IMG/VR virus record: IMGVR_UViG_3300006143_000333
Span: 32,001-96,000 of that record
Length of the DNA: 64,000 bases
Source of the DNA: a virus
Lineage: Duplodnaviria; Caudoviricetes
Reading direction: 5' to 3' (one strand)
The position numbers were made by a program, and so were the translations under genes. Below the pieces are notes generated by a model. It made no database searches, was not told the DNA's origin, and was given only the letters and a program-made list of their open reading frames with translations. Below, in pieces: positions 8,969 to 20,271 of this stretch; the stretch's first letter is position 1, and the number at the start of each line of letters is the position of its first letter.

Positions 8969-9604
8969 GTGGATTATGTAATTAAAAATCATAAAAATTT
9001 GTATATTCGGTTAAATAAAAATGGGAAACCTGTTACTTGTACAGAATATGAAAAAACATTATTTGAGTATTCAAAAGCAAAAAATATTCTTGATAATTTG
9101 CCCAAAACATTACATAGGTTAAATTTTAGAGTAGAAGTAGTCCCAGATATTGTCCAAGACACGCATAAAATGACACAATGTAACCCAAGTGTTATAGAAA
9201 ATAAGATTATACAAGCAGAAGAATACATAATTTCAGAACAAATAAAACGATGGATAGAAAAATTTGGAATATGTGATGACATAATAAAAGAAGCAAAAAA
9301 AAGGAAAGATGAGTTAGAAAAGAATATTTCCAATTATGATCGTGCTGTTAGTAATTGGTTACATGAGGTAGAGCTAGAAAAGAAAAAGAATGCTTGTGAA
9401 GGATATCTCAAATATAAATACATAAAAGAAGTTGTTGATAAAAGAAGAATAGCCAAAGATGAATGGGTGATTATTAACAATATTTTGCGAATGGATTTTA
9501 GAAATCTTGATAGGGAAGTTGTTAATAAAGCAATAATTGGTCTTGCTAAAAGAAAATTTACATATCGAGTTGTTGAAGAGGAGGAAACAGAAAATGTTGT
9601 GTAA
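8969..9604 (+). CDS. Coiled-coil hypothetical protein
   Basis: ORF track, AAGGA SD. Confidence 0.7.
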   Translation: MDYVIKNHKNLYIRLNKNGKPVTCTEYEKTLFEYSKAKNILDNLPKTLHRLNFRVEVVPDIVQDTHKMTQCNPSVIENKIIQAEEYIISEQIKRWIEKFGICDDIIKEAKKRKDELEKNISNYDRAVSNWLHEVELEKKKNACEGYLKYKYIKEVVDKRRIAKDEWVIINNILRMDFRNLDREVVNKAIIGLAKRKFTYRVVEEEETENVV

Positions 9605-9776
9605 AAAGTGCATGATGGGCATGGGAACTGGGACTACATATGAACAAAATAAAGATGGAAAGCCATCAGCTAAGAGATTTCATGAATGTAAAAAGTGTCA
9701 TGATAAGGTTTATACAAAAGAACCTAATTTTCAGGAATGTATGAGTAAAGCATCAGAAAAATGTAGAAATAGATAA
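9594..9776 (+). CDS. Small zinc-ribbon protein
   Basis: CKKC...CKKC; GAGGAGG SD. Confidence 0.6.
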   Translation: MLCKKCMMGMGTGTTYEQNKDGKPSAKRFHECKKCHDKVYTKEPNFQECMSKASEKCRNR

Positions 9777-9793
9777 TACATAATTATTAAGAG

Positions 9794-10387
9794 GTGTCCA
9801 ATATGAATCAGATATTAATTACATATTATTCAAACAATGCAAAGAAACTTCATAAGATAGTTGACAGGATTTTACTAAAATTTGGCGGTTTATCTGATAA
9901 AGATGTGGATGATTTCTATTCTCTTGCAAATGAGGTATTTGTAGATGTGATGAATCGATATGATAATTCTCAATCTTTTGATGCATTCCTGTATTCTTGT
10001 CTACTAAATAAAATTAAAACTGAAATGACAAAAAGGAATCGAGAAAAACGTAAAGCAGATAGATTGTCGATTTCAATTTATACACCGATTGGTGATGATG
10101 AAAATTCTACTATAGGAGATATTATCGCATCTGATTTTTCTATTGAAAAAGAAGTATTTGAAGATGGTGAGGAAGAATATAGTAGAAGAATGTTGCTATA
10201 TCTTAATAGGCTTTCAAATCTCCAAAAGGAAATATTAAGACTTAATATATCTGGGCATCTTCCTAGAGAAATCAGAGAAGAATTACATATAAGTGAGAAA
10301 GAATATGCTGATTGTTATTCAGCAATTAAGTCATATAAAAACACAAAATATTTAGCAAAATTGATTAGGAGGAAAAGCGTATGTTAG
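9794..10387 (+). CDS. Sigma-70-like factor
   Basis: Region-2-like DDFYSLANEVF..YDNSQSFDAFLYSCL; C-terminal HTH EIREELHIS. Confidence 0.65.
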   Translation: MSNMNQILITYYSNNAKKLHKIVDRILLKFGGLSDKDVDDFYSLANEVFVDVMNRYDNSQSFDAFLYSCLLNKIKTEMTKRNREKRKADRLSISIYTPIGDDENSTIGDIIASDFSIEKEVFEDGEEEYSRRMLLYLNRLSNLQKEILRLNISGHLPREIREELHISEKEYADCYSAIKSYKNTKYLAKLIRRKSVC

Positions 10388-11805
10388 ATGAGTATAGGAT
10401 TGAGCCATTAAGTGTAGGACAGTATTTGGATCGTGTGGATAATGAAGATATTAAAATAGATCAAGCTGTACAGCGAAGTTTTTGTTGGAATAAGGAGATG
10501 ATGAATGCACTTATTTATAGCGCGCTTTCAAGAAAAATATATATTCCTAATTTTATTCTTGCTGAAGAAAAAAGAAATGACGGGACGAAACAGACGTATG
10601 TTGTAGATGGTGGTCAAAGAACAGAAACCCTATATCAATTTAAGTATGGTGGTTATACAATAACGAATAATCTGAGGAGTTATATCATCCCATATAAAAA
10701 GAGAAAAGTTGATGAAAAGGGAAATGTTGTAAGGGATGAGTATGGGAATATTCAATATGAATTGGTAGAGTATGATATTCGGAAAAAAACTTATAACGAA
10801 CTTCCTGAAGAATTAAAAAAGAAATTTGATGGATGTCCATTGACGACTGTGATTTATCAAGACTGTACAACAGAAGAGACTTCAGAGTTGGTATTGCTCT
10901 ATAACAATCATGTAGGCATGAACGTTTCACAGAAGTCTCTTACATATATTGGTAAATTTGCAGATGAAATAAAAAGAATCAAGGATAGCAATAGATTTTT
11001 AATAGATTGTACATCCCTTAGTGAAAACGAAAAGAAAAATGGTGTATGGGAAAGGGTTATATCAGAGAGTGTGATGGCTATCAATCATTTTGATCATTGG
11101 AAAAAGAAACCAAAAGATATGTGTGATTATTTAAATAATAATTCATCCATTGATGAGTTTAAGGGTTTGGAAAGTTACTTTAATAGATTGATTCCATATA
11201 CGGATCAACTAGTGAACAGAGATGTAGCATCATTGTTTACAGCAAAAAATTTATTTATTTGGATGATGGTCTTTGATAAGTTCTCAAAAATGCATGTTTC
11301 AGATGATAAGTTTGGTGAATTCTTAAGTGCTTTTGTATGTGGGTTACAGAATAGAGAGATCAATGGAGAGGATTGGGCAACTATTGATAGTGACCGTCAT
11401 ACAAAAGATAGAAGTCTTATTGAAAGAAAAATTAAGTATATTGAATGTTTACTGAAAGAATTTTTATCCTCAGTAAATATTCAGGAAGAGAAAAATAGTG
11501 TCGAATCCATTGTTGCAGAATGTCTTGGCATAGAAGCAAAGACAATTCAAGAAGATATGGATTTATATAATGAATCACTAGATGCCTTATTGGAGAATAC
11601 CGTAAAGGTTGATTCAAAACTACGACATGAACAAAATCGTCCGTCTTTATTGGCAATGATGATTTATTCCTACAAACATGATAGAGATTTAGATAATTGG
11701 ATGATAAGTTATGCAAAGAATAATAATACATATTTTGTAAATCAAAAAAAGAATTTCTTACATATGAAAAATGATTTTGAGCAATATCTTAGAAGATGTG
11801 TATAA
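10381..11805 (+). CDS. DUF262 domain protein
   Basis: VQRSFCWN, IYIPNFIL, VVDGGQRTETL. Confidence 0.75.
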   Translation: MLDEYRIEPLSVGQYLDRVDNEDIKIDQAVQRSFCWNKEMMNALIYSALSRKIYIPNFILAEEKRNDGTKQTYVVDGGQRTETLYQFKYGGYTITNNLRSYIIPYKKRKVDEKGNVVRDEYGNIQYELVEYDIRKKTYNELPEELKKKFDGCPLTTVIYQDCTTEETSELVLLYNNHVGMNVSQKSLTYIGKFADEIKRIKDSNRFLIDCTSLSENEKKNGVWERVISESVMAINHFDHWKKKPKDMCDYLNNNSSIDEFKGLESYFNRLIPYTDQLVNRDVASLFTAKNLFIWMMVFDKFSKMHVSDDKFGEFLSAFVCGLQNREINGEDWATIDSDRHTKDRSLIERKIKYIECLLKEFLSSVNIQEEKNSVESIVAECLGIEAKTIQEDMDLYNESLDALLENTVKVDSKLRHEQNRPSLLAMMIYSYKHDRDLDNWMISYAKNNNTYFVNQKKNFLHMKNDFEQYLRRCV

Positions 11806-11947
11806 AGGAGGATGGGTAAATGGCGGTTATTATTAATTTCCAGAAATATGTTAATTCAAGAAAAAAGAAAGGTGAAGATGTAGAAGTAAATAAAGATTCA
11901 AAAGAAATGTGTGAAATTATTCATTTTAACAGGGAGGATGTTAGTTT

Positions 11948-12431
11948 ATGAGATACATAAGTGATGATGGGAAAGTATTCAATACTGAACAGGAATGTTG
12001 CGAACATGAATACAAGATAGAACAGGAAAGAGTTAGAGAAGAAAAAATAGAGATGGAACGTCAGAATAGGTTAGATTCTATTAATAAAAAGTATGAAGAT
12101 TTGCAGAAAGAGATTTCTGAATATAAAAAGGATTATGGTGCTAGATTAGAAGGATATTTTACACCATTCCATGAGTTGTTGGATATATTATACAGATAGT
12201 TTGAAAGCCGCATTTCATTGGGAAAAATAGGAGATTTTTATGAAAGCAAGAATAGTTAAAGATGGAAATTTTTGGATTGGAGAAGTTTATGGACATTGGA
12301 ATATGTTTTTTGGACTAGAAGAAAGAATTTGTTGGGGTTCTGTAACAAGTAGATGCTTTACAAAATTTGGGGCAAAACTTGAATTAATGAAGTGGAAAAG
12401 AGAACATAGCGGAGAGGAATTTGAGTTATGA
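11948..12431 (+). other. Two small hypothetical ORFs (11948..12199, 12240..12431)
   Basis: ORF track with SDs; separated by junction repeat 12202. Confidence 0.6.
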
Positions 12432-13333
12432 GTGATAAAAAGATGAAAAGAGACGATTTAGGAAATCGCATGAAAACATTTTATGAGGAGATTCCTAAAA
12501 CAAAGTTAATGAGACGTTGCCCAGTTATATGCCGGATTGATGGCAAGGCGTTCCATACATTTGCCAGAGGGTTCAAAAGACCGTTTGATGATGTTCTTAT
12601 TATGACAATGCAGGAAACAGCAAAATATCTGTGTGAGAATATTCAAGGATGTCAATTAGCGTACACACAGTCAGACGAGATTTCTTTGTTACTGATTGAT
12701 TATCAGAGATTTGAAACTTCTGCATGGTTTGATTATGAGATTCAGAAAATGTGTAGTATCTCTGCAAGTATGGCAACTATGGCGTTCAATAAATTTTTGT
12801 ATAGAAATATTGAGGATTATGGACGTGATTGCTGCTATGATCCAGATGTTTGTAATTATGGGAGTAAAATTAATCCAGGTAGAGAAGATGATTATAAACG
12901 ATACAAAGAAGTTTATAGAACAAGATTGTTTATGGGTGCTATGTTTGATGCCAGAGTCTTCAATATTCCCAAAGAAGAAATAACTAATTATTTCTACTGG
13001 CGGCAATTAGATGCCTCAAGAAATAGTATTCAGATGGTAGGACAAGCAAATTTCAGTCATAAGGAGTTACAGTTTAAATCTTGTAATGACATTCAGGATA
13101 TGCTTATGACACAAAGAGGGATTAATTGGAATGACCTTCCTACATATCAGAAACGTGGGAGTTGCGTAGTAAAAAATAAAGTTGTTCTTGAATCGGATGG
13201 TGTAAAAGAGAAGTGTATGTTGCGTGATCCGAAACATGGTGAAAACAATTGGATTATTGATTGTGACATTCCCATTTTCAAGGGAGAGGACAGAGAGTAT
13301 ATTGAACAGTTTGTGAATGTAGGAGAGGTGTAA
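12428..13333 (+). CDS. tRNA(His) guanylyltransferase Thg1-like protein
   Basis: RIDGKAFHTF, YTQSDEISLL, FDARVF, WRQLDASRNSI, QKRG motifs. Confidence 0.93.
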   Translation: MSDKKMKRDDLGNRMKTFYEEIPKTKLMRRCPVICRIDGKAFHTFARGFKRPFDDVLIMTMQETAKYLCENIQGCQLAYTQSDEISLLLIDYQRFETSAWFDYEIQKMCSISASMATMAFNKFLYRNIEDYGRDCCYDPDVCNYGSKINPGREDDYKRYKEVYRTRLFMGAMFDARVFNIPKEEITNYFYWRQLDASRNSIQMVGQANFSHKELQFKSCNDIQDMLMTQRGINWNDLPTYQKRGSCVVKNKVVLESDGVKEKCMLRDPKHGENNWIIDCDIPIFKGEDREYIEQFVNVGEV

Positions 13334-13590
13334 AATTATGGATATTAGTAAAGCTGAAAAAATTGGTAAAGTTATGAATAATATTAATCGTTGCAAAAGT
13401 TTTCTTGGTTGCTTGAAAGACAGGGGTTATCCTGACAGCTTTGAAATCTATTATAGAGATTATAAAGCTTGTGATCTTGAGGAAGATGTATTGGATATTA
13501 TTATTGAACACTACGAAAACGAATTGGAGAGATATAACGAAGAGCTGAAAAAACTTTAAGCATTGAAACTAACATTTCAAGTCAATATAG

Positions 13591-13638
13591 GATCAATATA
13601 TGGTATGTGAGTAATTAACTAATAACAATATATAGCGC
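13591..13638 (+). promoter_or_regulatory. Tandem NrdR-box-like pair
   Basis: gatCAATATATGGtat (13591) and taaCAATATATAGcgc (13623), 32 bp apart. Confidence 0.5.
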
Positions 13639-13658
13639 AATAAAAAGGAGAGCAAATT

Positions 13659-15745
13659 ATGGAATTTACAGAAATGAGAAACAAATTGATGGAAAACTTT
13701 AATGAGATGGTAAAAGACGTAGATCATCTTTTTGAAGTAGCAGTAGACAAGGATGAATTATGGAATCTGTACCTTGATAGTTTTCCAGCAGGAACTAATG
13801 AGATTTACAGAGAACGAAGGTGGCATGACTGTAGTTGTTGTCACCAGTTTATTAAGACAATTGGAAATGTTGTTGTGATTAAAAACGGAGAAATTACAAC
13901 CATTTATATCAGCCAGTGTTAGATGCTCTGTCAAGTTTTATCAAGTCTCATGCTGTATCAGATATTTTTGTGAGTAAGTTTAAGAAAATCGGTACTTTAC
14001 AGAATTATGAAGAATTAGAAAATGGCAAGGTACAGGAATGGACTCATTTTTATTTAGAGTTGCCTGATAAATTTGTGGACAGAAGTAGCAGATCAGAAGG
14101 CGATATTAAAGGCGGCTTTAGGGATACAAGGAATGTTTTTAAGCGTTCTCTGGATGAGATTACAATGGATTCCATTGACACAATTTTGGAACTTATTAAT
14201 TCCAATACCCTTTATAAAGGAGAAGAGTGGAAGGGTGTGCTTGGTGAGTTTAAGAAATACAAGAAGGAATATGATAAACTCACTTCCGATGTTGAAAGAG
14301 ATAATTATGCGTGGGAACAGTCGGTAAAAGCTGGTATTGCTATTGGTCGGATCAGAAATCACAGCATTGGAACACTGCTTGTCAATGTAAGTGAAGAAAT
14401 GGATTTGGACACAGCGGTTAAGAAGTATGAACAGATTGTAGCACCTGCAAATTATAAGCGTCCAAAGGCAATTTATACAAAGAAGATGCTTGAAGATGCA
14501 AAGAAAACCATTACAGAACTTGGATATCTGGATTCTTTGCAGAGAAGATTTGCTAATTTGGATGATATTACAGTAAATAATATTTTGTTTTCTAATAGAG
14601 ATGCTGCTAAGAGGATTGTTGGCGCCGATGATATTTTTGGGGAGATGGAAAAGGATGTTGCTGTAAATCCGAGAAAGTTTTCCAAGGTTGAGGAAATTCC
14701 AGTAAAAGATTTTATTGAAAATATATTACCAACTGCAAAGGATATTGAAATATATTTGGAAAACAAACATACGTCTAATATGGTTTCGCTAATTGCTCCA
14801 AAAATCAAAAATTCAAAAACTATGTTCAAATGGAATAATGGATTTTCTTGGGCATATAGTGGAAACATTACAGACAGTGATATTACACAGAGAGTACAAA
14901 ATGCTGGCGGTCGTATTGACGGAGTTTTAAGATTTTCACATAGTTGGAATTATGAGGGTATGCGAAATGGATCTCTTATGGATTTACATGTATTCATGCC
15001 TGGCTCAAATCAAAAAGTAGAATATAAAAATGGAAAAGAAATTCATGATAACTATGGAAACAATGAGCGTGTTGGATGGAATCATAGACAGCATTTGCCT
15101 TCTGGTGGAGTACAAGATGTTGATTATGTTAATGTTGCACCAGTCGGATATATTCCTGTAGAAAATACAACATTTCCATCAATTGAAAAATTGAAAGAAG
15201 GAATATATACATTTAAAATTCATAACTGGAATTTTAGAAATCCGACAACTGGTGGTTTTAAAGCAGAAATCGCTTTTGATGGACAGGTTTATAGATTTAT
15301 TAGAAGAGAACCTTTACAGCATAAGGAATGGATAACTTTAGCAAAGTTAGAACTTAAAAATGGTCATTTTGAAATAATAGAAATGATGGAAAATGATACT
15401 ACTCCTATTGAAATTTGGGGATTAAAGACTAATCAATTTATTCCTGTATCAGCAATTAGTTATAGTCCAAATTACTTTGATGAGCAGGACGGTATTGGAC
15501 ACAGACATTTATTCTTCTTCCTAAAGGATTGTGTAAATACAGAAGAACCAAATGGATATTACAATGAATTTTTGAAGAATGAACTTGCGGAACATAAGAG
15601 AGTGTTTGAGGCTCTTGGAGCAAAGTGTCATGTGGAAGATACAGAGGATCAACTTTCTGGAATTGGATTTAGTATGACTAAGAGAGCAGAATTGATTGTT
15701 AAAGTAAAAGGTGCAACAGAAAGAATCATGAAGGTAAAATTTTAA
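13659..15745 (+). pseudogene. Large phage protein split by a frameshift near 13905
   Basis: ORFs 13659..13922 and 13916..15745 overlap; second lacks an SD and continues from YQPVLDAL in another frame. Confidence 0.6.
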
Positions 15746-15766
15746 TCAGAAAAGGAGAAAGAGATT

Positions 15767-16156
15767 ATGGCAGTAGAAAACATTTTTGAGTATGCAACAA
15801 GGAATAAGGTACATTTTCCGTATAAAGGGAATGTTTGGGTAGAGGATCTGTGGGACTTATCGGTTACAGAACTTGATAAGGTGTTTAAGTCGCTTAATTC
15901 ACAGAAAAAGCAGTCTCAGGAAGAAAGTCTTTTGAATACAAAATCAAAGGAAGACGAGATTGTGGAAGTTCAGATTGCTATTGTAAAGCATATTGTAGCT
16001 GTAAAATTAGCAGAGAAGGAAGCAAAAGAAAAAGCGGCTGAAAATAAGGTTAAGAAACAGAAGATTATGGCTATTATGGCAGCGAGAGATGAAAAGGCAT
16101 TAGAAAATGCTTCAGATGAAGATTTACAGAAAATGCTTTCGGAACTGGATGGGTGA
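15767..16156 (+). CDS. Hypothetical coiled-coil protein
   Basis: AAGGAG SD, ORF track. Confidence 0.7.
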   Translation: MAVENIFEYATRNKVHFPYKGNVWVEDLWDLSVTELDKVFKSLNSQKKQSQEESLLNTKSKEDEIVEVQIAIVKHIVAVKLAEKEAKEKAAENKVKKQKIMAIMAARDEKALENASDEDLQKMLSELDG

Positions 16157-16225
16157 TTAAGTAGTATGTGATAGGTAAAACTGTTGCATGACCAATTTAA
16201 TAGAATAATTGGAAAGGAAAATAGA

Positions 16226-17314
16226 ATGAAAGAAGTTACGAATAGATTTGGAACAGGAATTTTGTACGAAGAAAGTGATTTAGGAAAGAACATTTATTGT
16301 GTATGTACTGCCTGCATGAGTGTGTGGTCTGATTTTTTGAGCTTTGCGAATGAGGAGGCTGTTAAAGACAAAGATGGCAAGTGTGTTACACCATATTTTG
16401 TAGAAGAAAATTCTAATGATGTACTTAATCCAACAGATACGATCGTTGTTCTGGGGTGTCAGGTAACTGATCTTGCGATTTACAATGATTTAGAAACTGC
16501 AGAAGAACTTCATGAGCAGCATCCCAATACTCCAATTTATATGGGAGGATGTCTTGCACAGAGATTTGATATTGAGTTACCAGATTATCTTAGACGACTT
16601 GATGTTGTGCGAAAAGAATATGTAGATTTGAAGTATGTTACAGGGTTTATTGATTATAGAAAGCCTTTCTGGAATAGAAAATTAAAAGAAAACGATGATG
16701 AGTTTGCAGTTGGTAATTTGTTTCGGCATATGTATCCTTTGAAAATTGGAGCAGGATGTCATGGTAAGTGTAAGTATTGTACAATTCGTAACACAAGAGG
16801 AGAAACATATCATACTGATGCATATTTACAGGTAAAAGAATTTCTGGATCATGCTGATGAAAGTGTTGTAGTAATTAGTGATAGTCCAACTGTACAACAG
16901 ATTAAGGATTGGTGTCATATAGCAATTCGGTACAATAAACCTATTTCTTTTAGAAATGTGGAACCTCAAAATGCAAATGCTTGTAGAGATGAATTAATCA
17001 GTTTAGCAGATAAAGGATTGCTGAAGATATTTCATTGCCCTATCCAAAGTGATAACGCAAGAGTTCTTCAGGCTATGAATAGAGACATTGATCAAACCCT
17101 TTGGTATGTTGCACTTGCACAGGATTTAAGAAAATGTGGAACAAAAGTAGCTACCAATATTATCATTGATTATGTTGTGGATGGAAAAGTAATACATAAC
17201 ATGAATGAAAATTGGTTGAATGATAAGTTTGATTATTGGTCCTGGAATCCCTATTTTGATGGCAATTGGGATTATCAGAAAGCTGAAGAAAGATTTAAAA
17301 AGTATATTGGATAA
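16226..17314 (+). CDS. Radical SAM protein, methylthiotransferase (MiaB/RimO)-like
   Basis: GCHGKCKYC CxxxCxxC; N-terminal VVLGCQVT and GGCLAQR; HCPIQS..VLQAMNR. Confidence 0.7.
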   Translation: MKEVTNRFGTGILYEESDLGKNIYCVCTACMSVWSDFLSFANEEAVKDKDGKCVTPYFVEENSNDVLNPTDTIVVLGCQVTDLAIYNDLETAEELHEQHPNTPIYMGGCLAQRFDIELPDYLRRLDVVRKEYVDLKYVTGFIDYRKPFWNRKLKENDDEFAVGNLFRHMYPLKIGAGCHGKCKYCTIRNTRGETYHTDAYLQVKEFLDHADESVVVISDSPTVQQIKDWCHIAIRYNKPISFRNVEPQNANACRDELISLADKGLLKIFHCPIQSDNARVLQAMNRDIDQTLWYVALAQDLRKCGTKVATNIIIDYVVDGKVIHNMNENWLNDKFDYWSWNPYFDGNWDYQKAEERFKKYIG

Positions 17315-17320
17315 TCAAAA

Positions 17321-17480
17321 CAGTCGTTGGTGAAAGATAAACGCATTTAAGACAATAATATGCTCACAGGAGGTAACGCTTACACAAAAGTAAGTATTCC
17401 GAGGCAGGTAATCGGCTTCAACATATGAAGTATCTGAACTGTGCATGAGTGCTGGAGGAGTGAAAGGCTCACCACGACTG
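17321..17480 (+). ncRNA. Candidate structured RNA
   Basis: Closing stem CAGTCGtTGGTGA/TCACCACGACTG with several internal hairpins. Confidence 0.45.
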
Positions 17481-17500
17481 GTTATTGAGAAAGGGAAAAT

Positions 17501-18744
17501 ATGAAAAACAAAATAGAAGAAGCAAAAGATTTAAAGTATCGGTTAGAAAATAATAAAAAGATAGTCCAATATTGTCTTGGAAAACAGGAAGATAATGACG
17601 GCGGATTTATTCATAATCCCAATAATGATAAACATAATTTTGTGTTTTCTACCACACAACATCATTCATCAAAACCAATATATTTAGATGCTTACTATGG
17701 ATATTATGGCAATAGTAATGTATCTATGTTTAATGATGAATTTTACATTACATGTATGGTAGAAGCAATAAATAAATTTCTTCCTCAACTTAGGGAAGAA
17801 ACAGAGAAAATTATGGGGCAGAAATACAATGAAGCACTATTAGAGGCGAAAGGTGAAGCTGAGAAGATTCTTAAAACAATTGAAGATCTAGGTTTGAATT
17901 AGGCAATGAAAAATTCATTTCAATTATTACAGAAGGAGAGGTCATGATTAATATAGAGAAAACAGATAGTATAGAACAAGAATATTTACAGTGTTCAAGC
18001 TGTTTAAAATGTAATGATGATTTAAATATGTTTAAAATCATTGTTGGTAAAAATATGAGACAAACAACAACTGTGAAATTATGCGAAGAATGTATGCGTG
18101 ATTTATTGGAAGATTTAAAAAGATTGGAAATTAACGGTCAGATATAAGTGGCAATGAATATTTGATTTTGTGGTGTGAGGTGATAGGATGACAGAGAATG
18201 AAGCAATCGCAAGAATGAGGTACAGAATAGATACAGCAACAGAAGCAATTGGAAAAGGTTCTGATGGTAAGGCTTATGAGGATATGGAAATCGCAATTAA
18301 AGCACTTGAAGAAATTCAACAGTACAGAGTAATTGGGACAGTTGAGGAATGTCGAGAGGCACGGGAAAGGCAGATTGGGAAGAACCCCATAATTTTAAGT
18401 GAGCAATCTGTAGAATCAGAGAAAAAATTATATATAGCAAAGTATTTCAAATGTCCTACTTGCGGAAACACATCTACATATTTCGGAGGACTACCTAATA
18501 ATTGTCATAATTGTGGTCAGAGGTTGGAGAGTGATGCCACATGACCTACCAAAGAGCAGACCAAAAACATCCATTAATGGGGCTTGATAATAAAATCTGT
18601 AAAAATCCTGCCTATTGGTGTAGGTTACATCAAGTCTGGTTGTCTGATGATGATGTAAAGAAGAAACAATGTAAATGTAAACAGACTTTTGACATGGTTG
18701 GTACATATTGTTGCGGAAATTTAGTCAAGAAGTCAATAAAATGA
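17501..18744 (+). other. Four small ORFs (17501..17902, 17944..18147, 18188..18544, 18541..18744), several with CxxC motifs
   Basis: ORF track with SDs; junction repeats at 17907, 18155, 18737. Confidence 0.6.
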
Positions 18745-18807
18745 AACTTTCAAGTAAGAAAAGAGAAATATATATATCACAAAAATGAAAAGGAGAGATG
18801 ATAAGTT

Positions 18808-19578
18808 ATGTGTAATTTTAAGAGTGGAATTATTTTGAAGAACAAGGTGGTTTTAGCACCAGAAGGAAATGAAAGCCATTCAGATTTATTGAAAAATCTT
18901 GAAATTGAAGATACTCACATGAATGCATCTAAAACATTTGTAAGAGCAGAGTTAATTCCTAAAAATAATGATAAAACGACCAATGTAAAAGACTGGAGAT
19001 ATAAAGTCGATCAGGATATTGTGCCTGATTGGTATGAAAAAGACCCAGAGAGATACGAACAAGATTTTAGAAATGCAGTTGAAGAATATATGAATGAGTG
19101 GAGAAAACAGTTAAAATTCATTTGTGGGCATTATTGGACAAGTGCTCAGGATGGGAATCGTACATATTATTTTATGAATGGGATTCTTAAAAAGTCAGAC
19201 TTTGGTAAAACAAATAATTATGCAGAATCTTATGTGCGGAGAGATCTTATTAATAGTGAGTTGGCAGAGGATTTAAAGAAAGAATTTGGAGATAAACTTG
19301 TTCCGATTTCTCTTGATTTGACTTCTATGGATGGATTTAAAGATTATGGAAGTGTTGAAGGTGATATTTTAGCAATCCCAAATATTCAGTTGCTTATGAA
19401 GTTTGGTGAAAGTATTCCATTGATTGATAATTGGTATTGGCTTGCTAATCCTAATCAGACACCGAAGAGAAACGACGCCCGCTATGTTCTGTGCGTTAGC
19501 TCCGATGGCGATGTGTGCTACGGCGATTGCGGCTGGAGTGGCCGGGGCGTGCGTCCGTTTTTCATCCTTCAATCTTAA
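18808..19578 (+). CDS. DGR target protein with C-terminal variable (C-type-lectin-fold-like) domain
   Basis: WYWLANP...GVRPFFIL C-terminus carrying the VR. Confidence 0.88.
   Translation: MCNFKSGIILKNKVVLAPEGNESHSDLLKNLEIEDTHMNASKTFVRAELIPKNNDKTTNVKDWRYKVDQDIVPDWYEKDPERYEQDFRNAVEEYMNEWRKQLKFICGHYWTSAQDGNRTYYFMNGILKKSDFGKTNNYAESYVRRDLINSELAEDLKKEFGDKLVPISLDLTSMDGFKDYGSVEGDILAIPNIQLLMKFGESIPLIDNWYWLANPNQTPKRNDARYVLCVSSDGDVCYGDCGWSGRGVRPFFILQS
19477..19559 (+). repeat. DGR variable repeat (VR)
   Basis: 83-bp ungapped match to 20070-20152; 18 mismatches, all at TR A positions. Confidence 0.96.
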
Positions 19579-19620
19579 ATCTTTGAATTTTGCAAAAAAC
19601 CATCGGGTAGCCAGTAATCA

Positions 19621-19638
19621 GGAATGCGTCAGCATTCC
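19621..19638. promoter_or_regulatory. DGR target-recognition hairpin
   Basis: GGAATGC-gtca-GCATTCC downstream of VR/IMH. Confidence 0.75.
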
Positions 19639-19679
19639 GTAGGTAGCCGATGAGCGACTGAAAGGAGCGGGGAAAACCA

Positions 19680-20048
19680 GTGAGCGAAGCGAAACTGGAT
19701 GTTATTGTAAAAGCAATAAATCTTATGGAATATACTATGACAATTACATCAAACCGAAAGAGGTATCCAGTTAAGCATTTAACATTGGTAAAACGCATCC
19801 AAAATCGCTGTATGGATATATATGAATATTTGCTTGATGCAAATAGGCTGAAATTGGATACTTCAAAATCGGAACGCCAAGAATTACAAACAAAAGCATT
19901 TTCATGTTGTGATAAGTTGTCTTGTTATGTGGAACTTTCTATGAAATTGAAATTAATTGGAAGTGATACAGTAGGATATTGGCAGAAACAAATAAATGAT
20001 GTGAAATATATGAGTATTGCATGGCGTTCAAAAGATAAAGAGAGATAA
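19680..20048 (+). CDS. avd: DGR accessory variability determinant (four-helix bundle)
   Basis: KRYPVKHLTLVKRIQN..AWRSKD; between target and TR. Confidence 0.85.
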   Translation: MSEAKLDVIVKAINLMEYTMTITSNRKRYPVKHLTLVKRIQNRCMDIYEYLLDANRLKLDTSKSERQELQTKAFSCCDKLSCYVELSMKLKLIGSDTVGYWQKQINDVKYMSIAWRSKDKER

Positions 20049-20069
20049 TTTTAGGTTGTTTGTTGTATG

Positions 20070-20152
20070 ACCCACTATGTTCAGTACGTTAACTCCAATG
20101 GCAATGTGAACTACAACGATTGCAACTGGAATGACAAAGGCGTGCGTCCGTT
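20070..20152 (+). repeat. DGR template repeat (TR)
   Basis: AAC/AAT-rich copy of VR; flanks 20053-20064 and 20214-20225 are complementary. Confidence 0.96.
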
Positions 20153-20271
20153 CTGGATCGGAAGACGAATGAAAGTAAGAGAAACACTGAAATTAGAGTC
20201 CCGATATCAAAAGAATAAACAACCTTTCCTGATTCAAAAATGTCAGGATAAATACAAAGGAACAAAATACT

